From Deltaproteobacteria bacterium (GTDB taxonomy: Bacteria; Myxococcota; Kuafuiibacteriia; Kuafuiibacteriales; Kuafuiibacteriaceae), in NCBI GenBank assembly GCA_040218735.1, contig JAVJQW010000049.1, positions 1 through 64,000 of the forward strand: a DNA stretch of 64,000 nucleotides, written 5' to 3'. This document shows positions 39,761 to 48,403 of this stretch, piece by piece. Both the position numbers and the translations under genes were made by a program. How positions within the stretch are numbered: position 1 is the stretch's first letter; each line of letters begins with the position of its first letter. Below the pieces are notes generated by a model. It was not told where the DNA came from. It saw nothing but the letters and a program-made list of their open reading frames with translations, and ran no database searches.

Positions 39761-42511
39761 TCAGGGGGTCGGGCAGAGGACCGTGCCGTTGTCGATGGCG
39801 AACGGGGCCGTGGCCTCGTCGATCGACAGGAGGAACGCCTTCAGCGCGTCCCGCTCGGCAGCGGTCGGCGCGAAGTTCGGGTTCCCTGCCGTGGTGTGCG
39901 CCGCGAAGCGCGCGTCCAGCAGGTCGTCCAAGTCCGTCGCTCCACCGTGGTGCAGGTACGGCGCGCCCGTCGACAGACCGAGCAGTGACGGCGGGTTGAA
40001 CCCGTTGCGTCCCTGCGCCGGCGTCCCGTTGACGCGGACCTCGTCGGCGCCGCCCTCGACGCCGAACGTTTGCACGTTCCGGATGTTGCACGCCTGGCGC
40101 TTGAGCGCCGGGGCGCCGCCGTCCGAGTCGTCGCCGGCCACGAGGGTCGCGTCGACGTTCACGTCCAGCGGGAGCCCGACCAGCGCGCTCGGATCCATCG
40201 CGGTCTGGAACGCGGCGTCGGCCTCGAACGTCCGGCCGGGGAGGGCGCCTTCGAACGCCTCCGGCGTGTAGAACGTGCGGCTCACGGTCCACTTCGCGCC
40301 CGCGTGGCACTTGTTGCACCCGGCGTCCGCGAACACCGCGCGGCCCTGGTCGATCTGCGCCTGCGCGGCCGGCTTTGCGTTCGGGCTGCGCACCGTCTGG
40401 ATGTAGCGGTCGATCAGATCCCAGTCGACGCAGGTGCCCTCGTTCGAGCACACGCCACGCTCCCGCGCCACGAACGTCAACGAGCCGTTGAGCGCCTGGT
40501 GGTTCTCGACGGTCTGGCCGTCCTCCATCGTGAGCGACGCGAAGGGCGGGCCCGCCGGCGACGCCACCGGACCTTCGCCGTTGCGAATCGCGCCCGAGCC
40601 GCCGGAGACGCCGCGCGTGTTGAGCTCGAAGTCGGTGGTCTCGTCGAAGATCGCCGTCCAGTTCAGCGCGCGCATGTCGCTCGGGTCGTCGGACGCGTAC
40701 TGGCCGTCGAGGCTGATCGACTGGCGCGGACCGGCCGCGAAGCTCCAGGTGATGTTGTCCGTCAGGCCCATCGGGTGGCAGCCCTGGCACGAGCCCCAGC
40801 CTTCACGCGACCAGATGCCCGTGCCGGTGTTGAAGAAGCGCTTGCCGCGCCACACGGTGTGCTCGTCGGAGCCGGGCGTCGGCGTCGCGGTCGACTCCAC
40901 GGTGTTCACCGTGGCCTGGTCGCGGAACGAAACCACCGACAGGTCGCGGCTGATGAGGTTCGCGGTGTACGCGCCGGCGCCGGTCGTGCCGTGGCGCACC
41001 ACGAGGCCCTGCGGGTTCTGGCCGACGACGATGTTCAGCGCGGTCGCCGCGCCGATCTCCACCGTGCCGTCCTCGTTGAAGACGACGCGCACCATGATGT
41101 CGCTGCCCGCGGCGGTCACGTAGCCGATCGCGAGGTCGTCGCGGTTCACGAACGCGATGCCGTTCGGCACCGACAGGAAGCGCCGCCCGACGGTCTCGTC
41201 GCCGTCGTTGTCGACCTGGTCCTTCACGAGGCTGTTGAGGTTCGTGGACTGACCCGCGACCTCGGCTTCCGCGTCGACGTCGATGACCGACACGACCGCC
41301 TGCACGTTGTGGTTGAACTGCACCGGGCCGGCCGGCGACGCGGCGACGCTCGTGACGTAGGCCCACGTCCGGTCGAACGCCCGGTGGATGGTGATGCTGT
41401 TGAGCTGGTTCGGGAAGCAGCCGGTGGTGACGGCTTCGCCGTTGATCGGCGCGGTGAAGCAGTCGGCGATCGGCGCGAGGACGATCTGGCTCTTCTCGGT
41501 GTTCGCACCGACCTCGATGACGTGGACGATGCCCTGTGCGCCGTCGTCGGTGGCCTCGTCGGTCACACCCGCGCGGCGCTCGGCGTAGAACTGCGTGACG
41601 AGCGCCTTCTCGTCCTCGTCCTCGTCGTCCCCGTCGTTGGTGATAGCGATGGCGTACGGGTTGCGTCCGAGCTCGATGGTGCGGAGCGTCTGCATGGTCT
41701 CCGTGTTCACCACGGTCACGGTGCCGGAGACCCAGTTGGTCACCCACAACGTGCGGCCGGAGGGCGTGAGCGCGAGGCCGATCGGCTCGCCGCCGAGCTC
41801 GAGCTCCGCGTCACGCGTGGCGCCGGCGGTGCCGATGTCGATGATGCGTGCAACCGAGCCTGCGGCGCGGTTGGCGACGAACGCGGTCGTGCCGTTCGGG
41901 TGGATGACGACGGACATCGGCTCGGCGTTCGCGGTGGCGCTCGATTCGACGCGCGCGATCCGAGATTCCTGCTCCGGCGTAGCGTTGAAGAAGGACACGG
42001 AGCCGCCGTCGGTGTTGACCATCGCGACCACGGAGTCGTCGTTGTTGATGTCGACCGGCGTGGAGCGGCTCGGGCGCGCGAGGCGGTCCGTGGGGGGCGG
42101 CGGGGGCGCGGTTTCGCATGCGCAACCCGCGTTGCAGACGAAGCCCTCGTCGCAGCCGTCGTTCGGGCCGTTGCCTTCGCAGACGGGGGCGTCGGCCTGG
42201 CAGACCTCTTCGACGCACGCGCAGGACGTGTCGCAGAGGAATCCGTCCGCGCAGCCGCTGTTGGGGCCGTTGCCCGCGCAGACGGGCGCGGTGGAGTCAC
42301 ACACCGGGGCGTCGGCGACGCAGGTGCAGGTGTCGTTGCAGGAGAAGCCGGCGTCGCAGCCGCTGTTCGGGCCGCTTCCGGCGCACACGGGCGCCGTGGC
42401 GTCGCAGGTGGGTTCGGGTTCGGGTTCGGGTTCGGGCTCAGGTTCGGCCGTGGCGTTACACGCGACGAGTGCGAGCAGTAGGAGCGGGGGGAGTCGACGA
42501 ATCAGGTCCAT
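39761..42511 (-). CDS. YVTN beta-propeller / di-heme cytochrome c lipoprotein with Cys-rich N-terminal repeats
   Basis: Lipobox LVAC, (EP)n linker, three PVC.G.GPN.GC..GF.C repeats, propeller blades, CQGCH and CNKCH, PSLLGL..APYLHHG. Confidence 0.85.
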   Translation of the reverse strand: MDLIRRLPPLLLLALVACNATAEPEPEPEPEPEPTCDATAPVCAGSGPNSGCDAGFSCNDTCTCVADAPVCDSTAPVCAGNGPNSGCADGFLCDTSCACVEEVCQADAPVCEGNGPNDGCDEGFVCNAGCACETAPPPPPTDRLARPSRSTPVDINNDDSVVAMVNTDGGSVSFFNATPEQESRIARVESSATANAEPMSVVIHPNGTTAFVANRAAGSVARIIDIGTAGATRDAELELGGEPIGLALTPSGRTLWVTNWVSGTVTVVNTETMQTLRTIELGRNPYAIAITNDGDDEDEDEKALVTQFYAERRAGVTDEATDDGAQGIVHVIEVGANTEKSQIVLAPIADCFTAPINGEAVTTGCFPNQLNSITIHRAFDRTWAYVTSVAASPAGPVQFNHNVQAVVSVIDVDAEAEVAGQSTNLNSLVKDQVDNDGDETVGRRFLSVPNGIAFVNRDDLAIGYVTAAGSDIMVRVVFNEDGTVEIGAATALNIVVGQNPQGLVVRHGTTGAGAYTANLISRDLSVVSFRDQATVNTVESTATPTPGSDEHTVWRGKRFFNTGTGIWSREGWGSCQGCHPMGLTDNITWSFAAGPRQSISLDGQYASDDPSDMRALNWTAIFDETTDFELNTRGVSGGSGAIRNGEGPVASPAGPPFASLTMEDGQTVENHQALNGSLTFVARERGVCSNEGTCVDWDLIDRYIQTVRSPNAKPAAQAQIDQGRAVFADAGCNKCHAGAKWTVSRTFYTPEAFEGALPGRTFEADAAFQTAMDPSALVGLPLDVNVDATLVAGDDSDGGAPALKRQACNIRNVQTFGVEGGADEVRVNGTPAQGRNGFNPPSLLGLSTGAPYLHHGGATDLDDLLDARFAAHTTAGNPNFAPTAAERDALKAFLLSIDEATAPFAIDNGTVLCPTP

Positions 42512-42630
42512 GATGTAAGAGCCTCCTCGGGTGGCCATGGGTTCGATGATCAGTAGTGAGATCCGGGGGCGTTTCGGGTCTCGGGCTTTCGAATGGGAGC
42601 CATAGGCCTCGGCTATGTGGTGCGACGCAC

Positions 42631-43398
42631 ATGGACGCGCGCGCCCCGAGCTGCGATGCGAGGCACACCGTGAGCTTCGTGCTCGACCCGCCTTTGCACC
42701 TCGATCTGTCGGTGCCCTGTTCGCCCGAGCTCGCGGCCGAGCGGCTCGGTGCGCGGCTCACCGCGGTCGCGACGTTCGTGCCGGAGGGCTCGATCCCGGT
42801 CGACGTCGGCACCGACCACGCGCGGTTGTTGATCGCGTTGGTGCGTTCGGGGCGGTGTCCGACGGGCATCGGCGTGGACGTCGCGGAGGGGCCGTACCGC
42901 CGCGCGAAGCGTGCGGTCGCGGGCGCGGCGATGTCGCATCTGATCGCGGTTCGTCAGGGTGACGGGTTGGCGCCCGTCGATCCGGGGGAGGCGGACGTCG
43001 CGGTCCTCGCGGGCTTCGGCGGGCGCACGGCAAACGCGGTGCTCGCCGCGGCGTCCGATCGGCTCCCGATTCGGCGGTGGGTCGTGCAGGTGAACCGGGA
43101 CGTCCCCGCGGTGCGGCGTTCGTTCGAGGCGCGCGGCCTGGCGATCGTGGACGAAGCGTTGGTGTTCGACGACGGCCGGGTGTTCGTGGTGATGGCCGCG
43201 GAGGCGGGGGAGATGGCGTTGTCGGACGCGGACGCTTGGCTCGGTCCCAGGCTTCGTGCGGAGCGGTCGCCGTTGTTCGTCGCGTGGGTGAGGTCGCGGC
43301 GCGATCACCTTCGGGCGCTCGCGGCGAAGGGGCACCTGTCGGGCAAGTCGCGCGAGGAGCTGTCGATCGTCGAAGCGGAGCTTCCGGGTTCCTGCTAG
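42631..43398 (+). CDS. trmK: tRNA (adenine22-N1)-methyltransferase-like
   Basis: RL.AVA.FV..DVGTDHA..DV.EGP..GDGL..AGFGG motifs; start uncertain. Confidence 0.82.
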   Translation: MDARAPSCDARHTVSFVLDPPLHLDLSVPCSPELAAERLGARLTAVATFVPEGSIPVDVGTDHARLLIALVRSGRCPTGIGVDVAEGPYRRAKRAVAGAAMSHLIAVRQGDGLAPVDPGEADVAVLAGFGGRTANAVLAAASDRLPIRRWVVQVNRDVPAVRRSFEARGLAIVDEALVFDDGRVFVVMAAEAGEMALSDADAWLGPRLRAERSPLFVAWVRSRRDHLRALAAKGHLSGKSREELSIVEAELPGSC

Positions 43399-43410
43399 GC
43401 TCCGCGCCCA

Positions 43411-44232
43411 ATGGGTTACCGATGGTGGTGCGCGGCGTTCGTTCTGTTCAGCGCGAGCCCGGCGTACGCGGGTGGGTTCACGCAGGGCGAGGGCGGCTAC
43501 TACGTGAAGGCGTGGACGCGCTCGTTGATCGGCAACAAGGCGTTCGACACGGCGGGGGATCTCGTGGAGCTCCCGGAGTCGTTCTCGGACCACGCGTTGA
43601 ACGTCTACGGCGAGTACGGCCTGACGAACGACGTGACGTTGCTGATGTACGTCGTGCCGTTCGGCTACAGCGCGTACGGCGATCAGTCGCAGCTATACGC
43701 GGGGACGTTGTCGGTCGGGGCGCGGCATGCGCTGTGGTCGGGGTCGCAGCCGTTGGCGTTGGAGGTCCGCGCGGGCGGGCGTCCGGCGGTGGGTGACGAC
43801 CCGCTCGCGGAGGGGGTGCTCGACACGGGCCCCTACGTGGTGCGAGCGACCTTGCCGACGTTGTTCTTCGACGCGGAGCTGCAGGCGGCGGCCGCGTTGC
43901 CGTACGGGTTGTGGCTCTCTGCGGGGGCGGGCGCGCGGCTGCACTCGCGCGATGGGTTGTCGCCGGCGTTGTTCTCGAACCTGCAGCTCGGGTGGTCGTC
44001 GTCGTTCGGCTTGGTGCTCGACCTGCACGCGCAGGCGTACTTCTCGGTGGATCGGCCGGACATCATCGACGTGTTGGGTGTGGGCCAGACGGACTACATC
44101 GGCTTCGGTGTGGGCGCGGCGTACTGGATCACGGACGGCTTCGGCGTGACGTTGGGTTTCGACTCTGCGGCGCTCGCGCGTGCGAATGCGGGGACCGCGC
44201 CGATTCAGATCGGTGTTCAGCTCAAGGGTTGA
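43411..44232 (+). CDS. Hypothetical outer-membrane beta-barrel protein
   Basis: Signal peptide (AYA) and amphipathic beta pattern. Confidence 0.6.
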   Translation: MGYRWWCAAFVLFSASPAYAGGFTQGEGGYYVKAWTRSLIGNKAFDTAGDLVELPESFSDHALNVYGEYGLTNDVTLLMYVVPFGYSAYGDQSQLYAGTLSVGARHALWSGSQPLALEVRAGGRPAVGDDPLAEGVLDTGPYVVRATLPTLFFDAELQAAAALPYGLWLSAGAGARLHSRDGLSPALFSNLQLGWSSSFGLVLDLHAQAYFSVDRPDIIDVLGVGQTDYIGFGVGAAYWITDGFGVTLGFDSAALARANAGTAPIQIGVQLKG

Positions 44233-44269
44233 TTCGGGGGGCCGATAGCAGGGGGTGGAGGTCGTCCCC

Positions 44270-44605
44270 ATGTCGAACCCGAAAGACGCCAACTACCGCA
44301 ACCACCCCCGCGCCGCGGTCCGCTGGGCCGCCTACTGGACCGACGGCCTGCGCGCGCGCACCGGCGAGATCCGCGACATCTCCAAGGGTGGCCTGTTCCT
44401 GTCCCCGGCGTGGCGCCCGAGCACCACGTACAGCCCCGGCGACGAGATCGAGATCCGCTGCGCGATCGAGGATCTGTCGATCGACCTGAAGGCGGTCGTC
44501 CGCTGGTCCGGCACGAGCGAGCAGCACGCCTGCGAGGGCTTCGGCCTCGAGGTCCCGGCTACGGCGGACCTGGAGCGGCTGCTCGAGGCCGCCGAGAAGA
44601 ACTAG
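44270..44605 (+). CDS. PilZ domain protein
   Basis: RNHPR and DISKGG c-di-GMP motifs. Confidence 0.88.
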   Translation: MSNPKDANYRNHPRAAVRWAAYWTDGLRARTGEIRDISKGGLFLSPAWRPSTTYSPGDEIEIRCAIEDLSIDLKAVVRWSGTSEQHACEGFGLEVPATADLERLLEAAEKN

Positions 44606-45956
44606 AGGCGTCGTTCGCTCGCTGCGACGCGAGCACCCCGCCGATACACTCGCCGGTGACTTCGCCGACGACCCACCCCAGCGTTCCGAGCAGGAGCGTG
44701 AGCACCACCCGTCCGAACAAGACGCCCGCGACGATGCCGGCCTCGGTCGCGAGGCCGTGGGCGATCGCTTCGGAGGTCGTCGGTATCTCTTCGTCGGAGA
44801 GAAGGCGGGACAGCACCGTGACGACGATGAACTGCGCGAGGATCGTGAGCGCGGGGACGCCGACCGGCTTCATCACCACGCTGACGAGCAACGCACCGAC
44901 GACCGGGTACTTGATCGCGGGCGCGAGCCGGGTGCGCGCGAGGGCGAGCGCGGCGACAAACGAGAGGATGAGGCCCTCCATGTCGTTCGACTCGAGCGGC
45001 GTTCCGATGACTTGGCTGAGGCTGCGGTAGCCGCCGCTCATGAAGAGGAAGTAGGCGAGGGTCACGGTGACCGCGAGGATCGCGAGCACGTTGGTCACGC
45101 TGCGAATCAGCGGGTGGTCGGAGGGGATACCGGGGCGGTCGACGGTGGCGGGGCGAAAGGCTTCGACCGCGAGCCACAGCAGTCCGATGGACGCGAAGCC
45201 GAGGGCGATGAGTGAGATGGGTTTGGCGGTGACCGAGCCCGGGAGGCTGATGCCGACGCCAATCGACGTGACGACCGCCGTGTACTTCGCGAGGCGGGCC
45301 CCGTGTGGTCCGAAGGTGCCGTCGCGGCGGGTGACGGCTTCGGCGAGCGCAGGTTCGACGGCGATGCGCGCGTAGCGGAAGATCAGGACCGCGTTGAGCA
45401 TCACGACAGCGAACAGCGCGGCGACCTGCGTGGGTGGCAGCGGCGCGTCGATCTCTTGCATCACGACCGCGCCGACGCCCGCGCGGATGAACAGCGCCAC
45501 CAGCTGGATCACGAGGTACCCGAGGAAGCCGGTATTGAAGAGGAGGAACATGCCGAGCACGGCGACTGCGATGACGTAGCCGTTGCTCTGTCCGGTCGTG
45601 GCGGGGGGAGCGACCGCCGGTGGGGGTGTTGCGTCTTCACGTGTGACGGCGCCGTCGGTGGCGCTGACGTAGGTTCGTGCGTCGATCGTCTCGACGCTCC
45701 AGAACGGGAAGTAGACGAGCGGGAGCGTCGAGGTCGCGTCGATGACGACCCCTTCTGGAGCGCCCTCGACGAGCGGGCAGCGTGCGGGCAGCGGGAGCTT
45801 CGACGCCGGATCGCGGGGCGCCACGGCGGCGCGCTTCTTGTGGAGGATGAAGGGGATCCAGACGAGCTTCGTGACGTGCTCGGCGTCGGCGGGGACTCCG
45901 GCGACCGCGCGTGCAGCGTCGGCGTCGAGGTTGGGCGGTGCGTGGCGCGCGTTCAT
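44559..45956 (-). CDS. Hypothetical polytopic membrane protein
   Basis: Start MNARHAPP overlaps the upstream stop; many TM segments. Confidence 0.65.
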   Translation of the reverse strand: MNARHAPPNLDADAARAVAGVPADAEHVTKLVWIPFILHKKRAAVAPRDPASKLPLPARCPLVEGAPEGVVIDATSTLPLVYFPFWSVETIDARTYVSATDGAVTREDATPPPAVAPPATTGQSNGYVIAVAVLGMFLLFNTGFLGYLVIQLVALFIRAGVGAVVMQEIDAPLPPTQVAALFAVVMLNAVLIFRYARIAVEPALAEAVTRRDGTFGPHGARLAKYTAVVTSIGVGISLPGSVTAKPISLIALGFASIGLLWLAVEAFRPATVDRPGIPSDHPLIRSVTNVLAILAVTVTLAYFLFMSGGYRSLSQVIGTPLESNDMEGLILSFVAALALARTRLAPAIKYPVVGALLVSVVMKPVGVPALTILAQFIVVTVLSRLLSDEEIPTTSEAIAHGLATEAGIVAGVLFGRVVLTLLLGTLGWVVGEVTGECIGGVLASQRANDASSSSRRPRAAAPGPP

Positions 45957-46879
45957 GGCAGCCCCTTCGGCGCGCCGTGTTTCGAGCAGGTCGGCCCGGC
46001 GTTCGTCGAGTGGATGGCGCCGCCGTAGGGACACTCTCGAACCAGGAGCTGGTTGCTGTGGCAGCGTAGGATCTCTCCGTAGGAGGGGCCACCGAGCGCC
46101 ATGGCGACGGTCTGCGCGAAGCCGAGGTGGCTCGCGGAGAGCAACCAACCTCCGGAGGTGGTGATCGCGCCCGCGACGAGCATGCGCACAGCGGGGGATG
46201 CGAGCGGTCGCTCGGGGAGCTTCACGAGCGCGAGGGGTGAGCGACGGGTGCGTCGTGACCAGAGCCCGAGGAGCACGGCGAGCACGACGACCATCTGACC
46301 GAGGTCCCAGAGGGCGTCGGTCGGCCAAGGGCTGGGGGCGTCGGCGGGCGCTGCGGTTGGCGTGGGGTGCGCGTGACGAGGTCTACCGCGGTAGTCGACG
46401 GACCGCATGACGTCGCCGATGGTGTTGAATTCGATGCGTTTGCCGACGCGGCGTCCGTGGTCGAACTCGCCGCGCTCGGCGATCGCGCCGTCGGGGTACC
46501 AGTGCTCGTAGGGGCCGTGGCGGAGGCCTTCGTCGTAGTGGCCGACGTAGATGACGGCGCCGTCCTCGGCGTAGTCCACCCACCGCCCGGTGCGTTTGCC
46601 GGCGTTCATCTGTCCGACGCCGAAGACCACGGGCGGAACCGCGGTGTTGCGGATGTCGATCACGGGCCCGTGCAATCGTTGGTTGGCGTCGAGGCAACCG
46701 CGTCGCAGCGGGAAGGGGCCGTCGCGAACGGCGCCCATGTCCCATCGTTCGAGCTTCATCGTCGTGGGCGTCGTGCCGGGCGGGCACACGATCGGTGCGT
46801 CGGTGGCCGGCGCGCGGCTGGAGGTGTCCGTCCCGCCGCACGCGTGGAGGAGCACGAAGGCGGGGACCCAGCGGCGCAT
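45953..46879 (-). CDS. MORN-variant repeat lipoprotein with C-terminal TM segments
   Basis: LHAC lipobox; G.Y..G.RHG.Y..WY.DG repeats. Confidence 0.7.
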   Translation of the reverse strand: MRRWVPAFVLLHACGGTDTSSRAPATDAPIVCPPGTTPTTMKLERWDMGAVRDGPFPLRRGCLDANQRLHGPVIDIRNTAVPPVVFGVGQMNAGKRTGRWVDYAEDGAVIYVGHYDEGLRHGPYEHWYPDGAIAERGEFDHGRRVGKRIEFNTIGDVMRSVDYRGRPRHAHPTPTAAPADAPSPWPTDALWDLGQMVVVLAVLLGLWSRRTRRSPLALVKLPERPLASPAVRMLVAGAITTSGGWLLSASHLGFAQTVAMALGGPSYGEILRCHSNQLLVRECPYGGAIHSTNAGPTCSKHGAPKGLP

Positions 46880-47031
46880 GCGCGCGACGATAGCACCGAG
46901 CGGGCGGCACCGTGGGCCTGGCCGCCAGGTCAGCGAGCACCTTGGCGACGGGTGGAGCGTGCCGGTACGATTCCGTATCCACCTTGCCGAATGCGGGTGA
47001 ACCGTTCGCGGGAAGCCAAGGTGATTCTCAC

Positions 47032-47949
47032 GTGAACTCACTGGAGTCGACGATCGCCGCGATTCGAGAAGCGGGCCTTGTCGCGCGCCGATCTCCAGAA
47101 GGTGGCAACTGCATTGTCGGCGGCCTTCGCGAGACGTTGACGCCTGACGGCGTGCAGCTGGCCGAGTATCCCTTCGTTATTTCGCCCGACCACGACGGTT
47201 GGCGCCTTCGGACCACGCATGTCGGACGCGGTGAGTTGGAGACGACCCACGGCACCCTGTCCGAACTGTTGCAGGCGCTGAAGGTGTGGAGCGAGGAGCG
47301 GAGGCGCGAGAGAATGGCGCCGTTGGGCGAACGCGCTTCAACTTGGTTCGTCGATCCACCCCTCGCCGAGGCCAGCGTGTCGATGGCCTTCGCACCACTG
47401 GAGGCGTTGGGCCTCTTACGGAGCTTCGACTCGGACTTGATATGGCTCAGGCAGTTCAGTCGTTTCGGTGGCAGAGAGCCGACCGTCGTCCTCGAGCCTC
47501 CCAACACGGCTTGGACCGATGTCTCGGAGGGCGAGAGCGACGTCGGCCCGTACATCTTTGGTCGAATCTGTGTCGACGACTTGAGCGATGATCAGCTGCT
47601 CACTTTTGTCACGCGATCGAGCTTCGGTGTTGATTCGCTGATTGTGGCCTGGGGTACGAGCGACGTTGCTACAGGAATCTCGGACCTCCGCCGTGTTCTC
47701 GAGGAGCGCCGCGCCGCCAAGAGGCTCCCGATCGAAGAGTCGCTTCAGCGTCGCTTCATTCGCAGGGTTCTGGCCGTCGAAAAGTCCGGAGGTTTCATCG
47801 TGACGGCAGTGCGGGGGGACACTGCGAGGTTCATGCTGATCTTGACCGGTGCTTCGATGATCGGGACGGTCCTCCGCAGTCACGGTGTCAGCCCCATCTC
47901 CGCCATCCCACGCGACGAGATCGGATACCGTGTCTCGCCGATATTCTAG
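47032..47949 (+). CDS. Hypothetical protein (island cargo, possible immunity protein)
   Basis: GTG start; lower GC than flanks; bracketed by motif copies at 46997 and 47960. Confidence 0.55.
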   Translation: MNSLESTIAAIREAGLVARRSPEGGNCIVGGLRETLTPDGVQLAEYPFVISPDHDGWRLRTTHVGRGELETTHGTLSELLQALKVWSEERRRERMAPLGERASTWFVDPPLAEASVSMAFAPLEALGLLRSFDSDLIWLRQFSRFGGREPTVVLEPPNTAWTDVSEGESDVGPYIFGRICVDDLSDDQLLTFVTRSSFGVDSLIVAWGTSDVATGISDLRRVLEERRAAKRLPIEESLQRRFIRRVLAVEKSGGFIVTAVRGDTARFMLILTGASMIGTVLRSHGVSPISAIPRDEIGYRVSPIF

Positions 47950-48004
47950 TGTCACTCGCGTGATCGATCCTCGGAATCCACGATGACGCCGCCAAGGCGA
48001 TAGA

Positions 48005-48346
48005 ATGCTGGTCGATGTACTCCAGAGCAGGCTGGCGCCGATCTTGACTGACTACGCATGGTCTTTTGAGAAGGGCATTGCGGTGATGCACTTTCTTCAT
48101 CAGTACCACGTGGTCTTTGAAGATGGATTCAGCATGAATGGCGACAGACACAATGAAGTGCTTGGCTTTGCGGAGGCATCGGAGTTGGTCTCTCGGCTAT
48201 GCGGCAATCCGAAAAAGTCTCCAACGTGGTGGAAGTCGCGTGCGCCCGCAGGGTTGGTCTCGTCCAGGAGACTTGCTGATCTTCTGGATGAACTCGTCGT
48301 CTTGTTTGAGTTCGATCCGGGGGTGCGAGGCGTGAGTGCTGATTGA
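48005..48346 (+). CDS. Small hypothetical protein, orphan immunity-like
   Basis: 113 aa, markedly lower GC, bounded by motif copies. Confidence 0.55.
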   Translation: MLVDVLQSRLAPILTDYAWSFEKGIAVMHFLHQYHVVFEDGFSMNGDRHNEVLGFAEASELVSRLCGNPKKSPTWWKSRAPAGLVSSRRLADLLDELVVLFEFDPGVRGVSAD

Positions 48347-48403
48347 AAAGAAGTGAACCATATTCTGCGAGAAGACCGCGAAGTGACCCAGGAGAAGTGA
48401 GCC

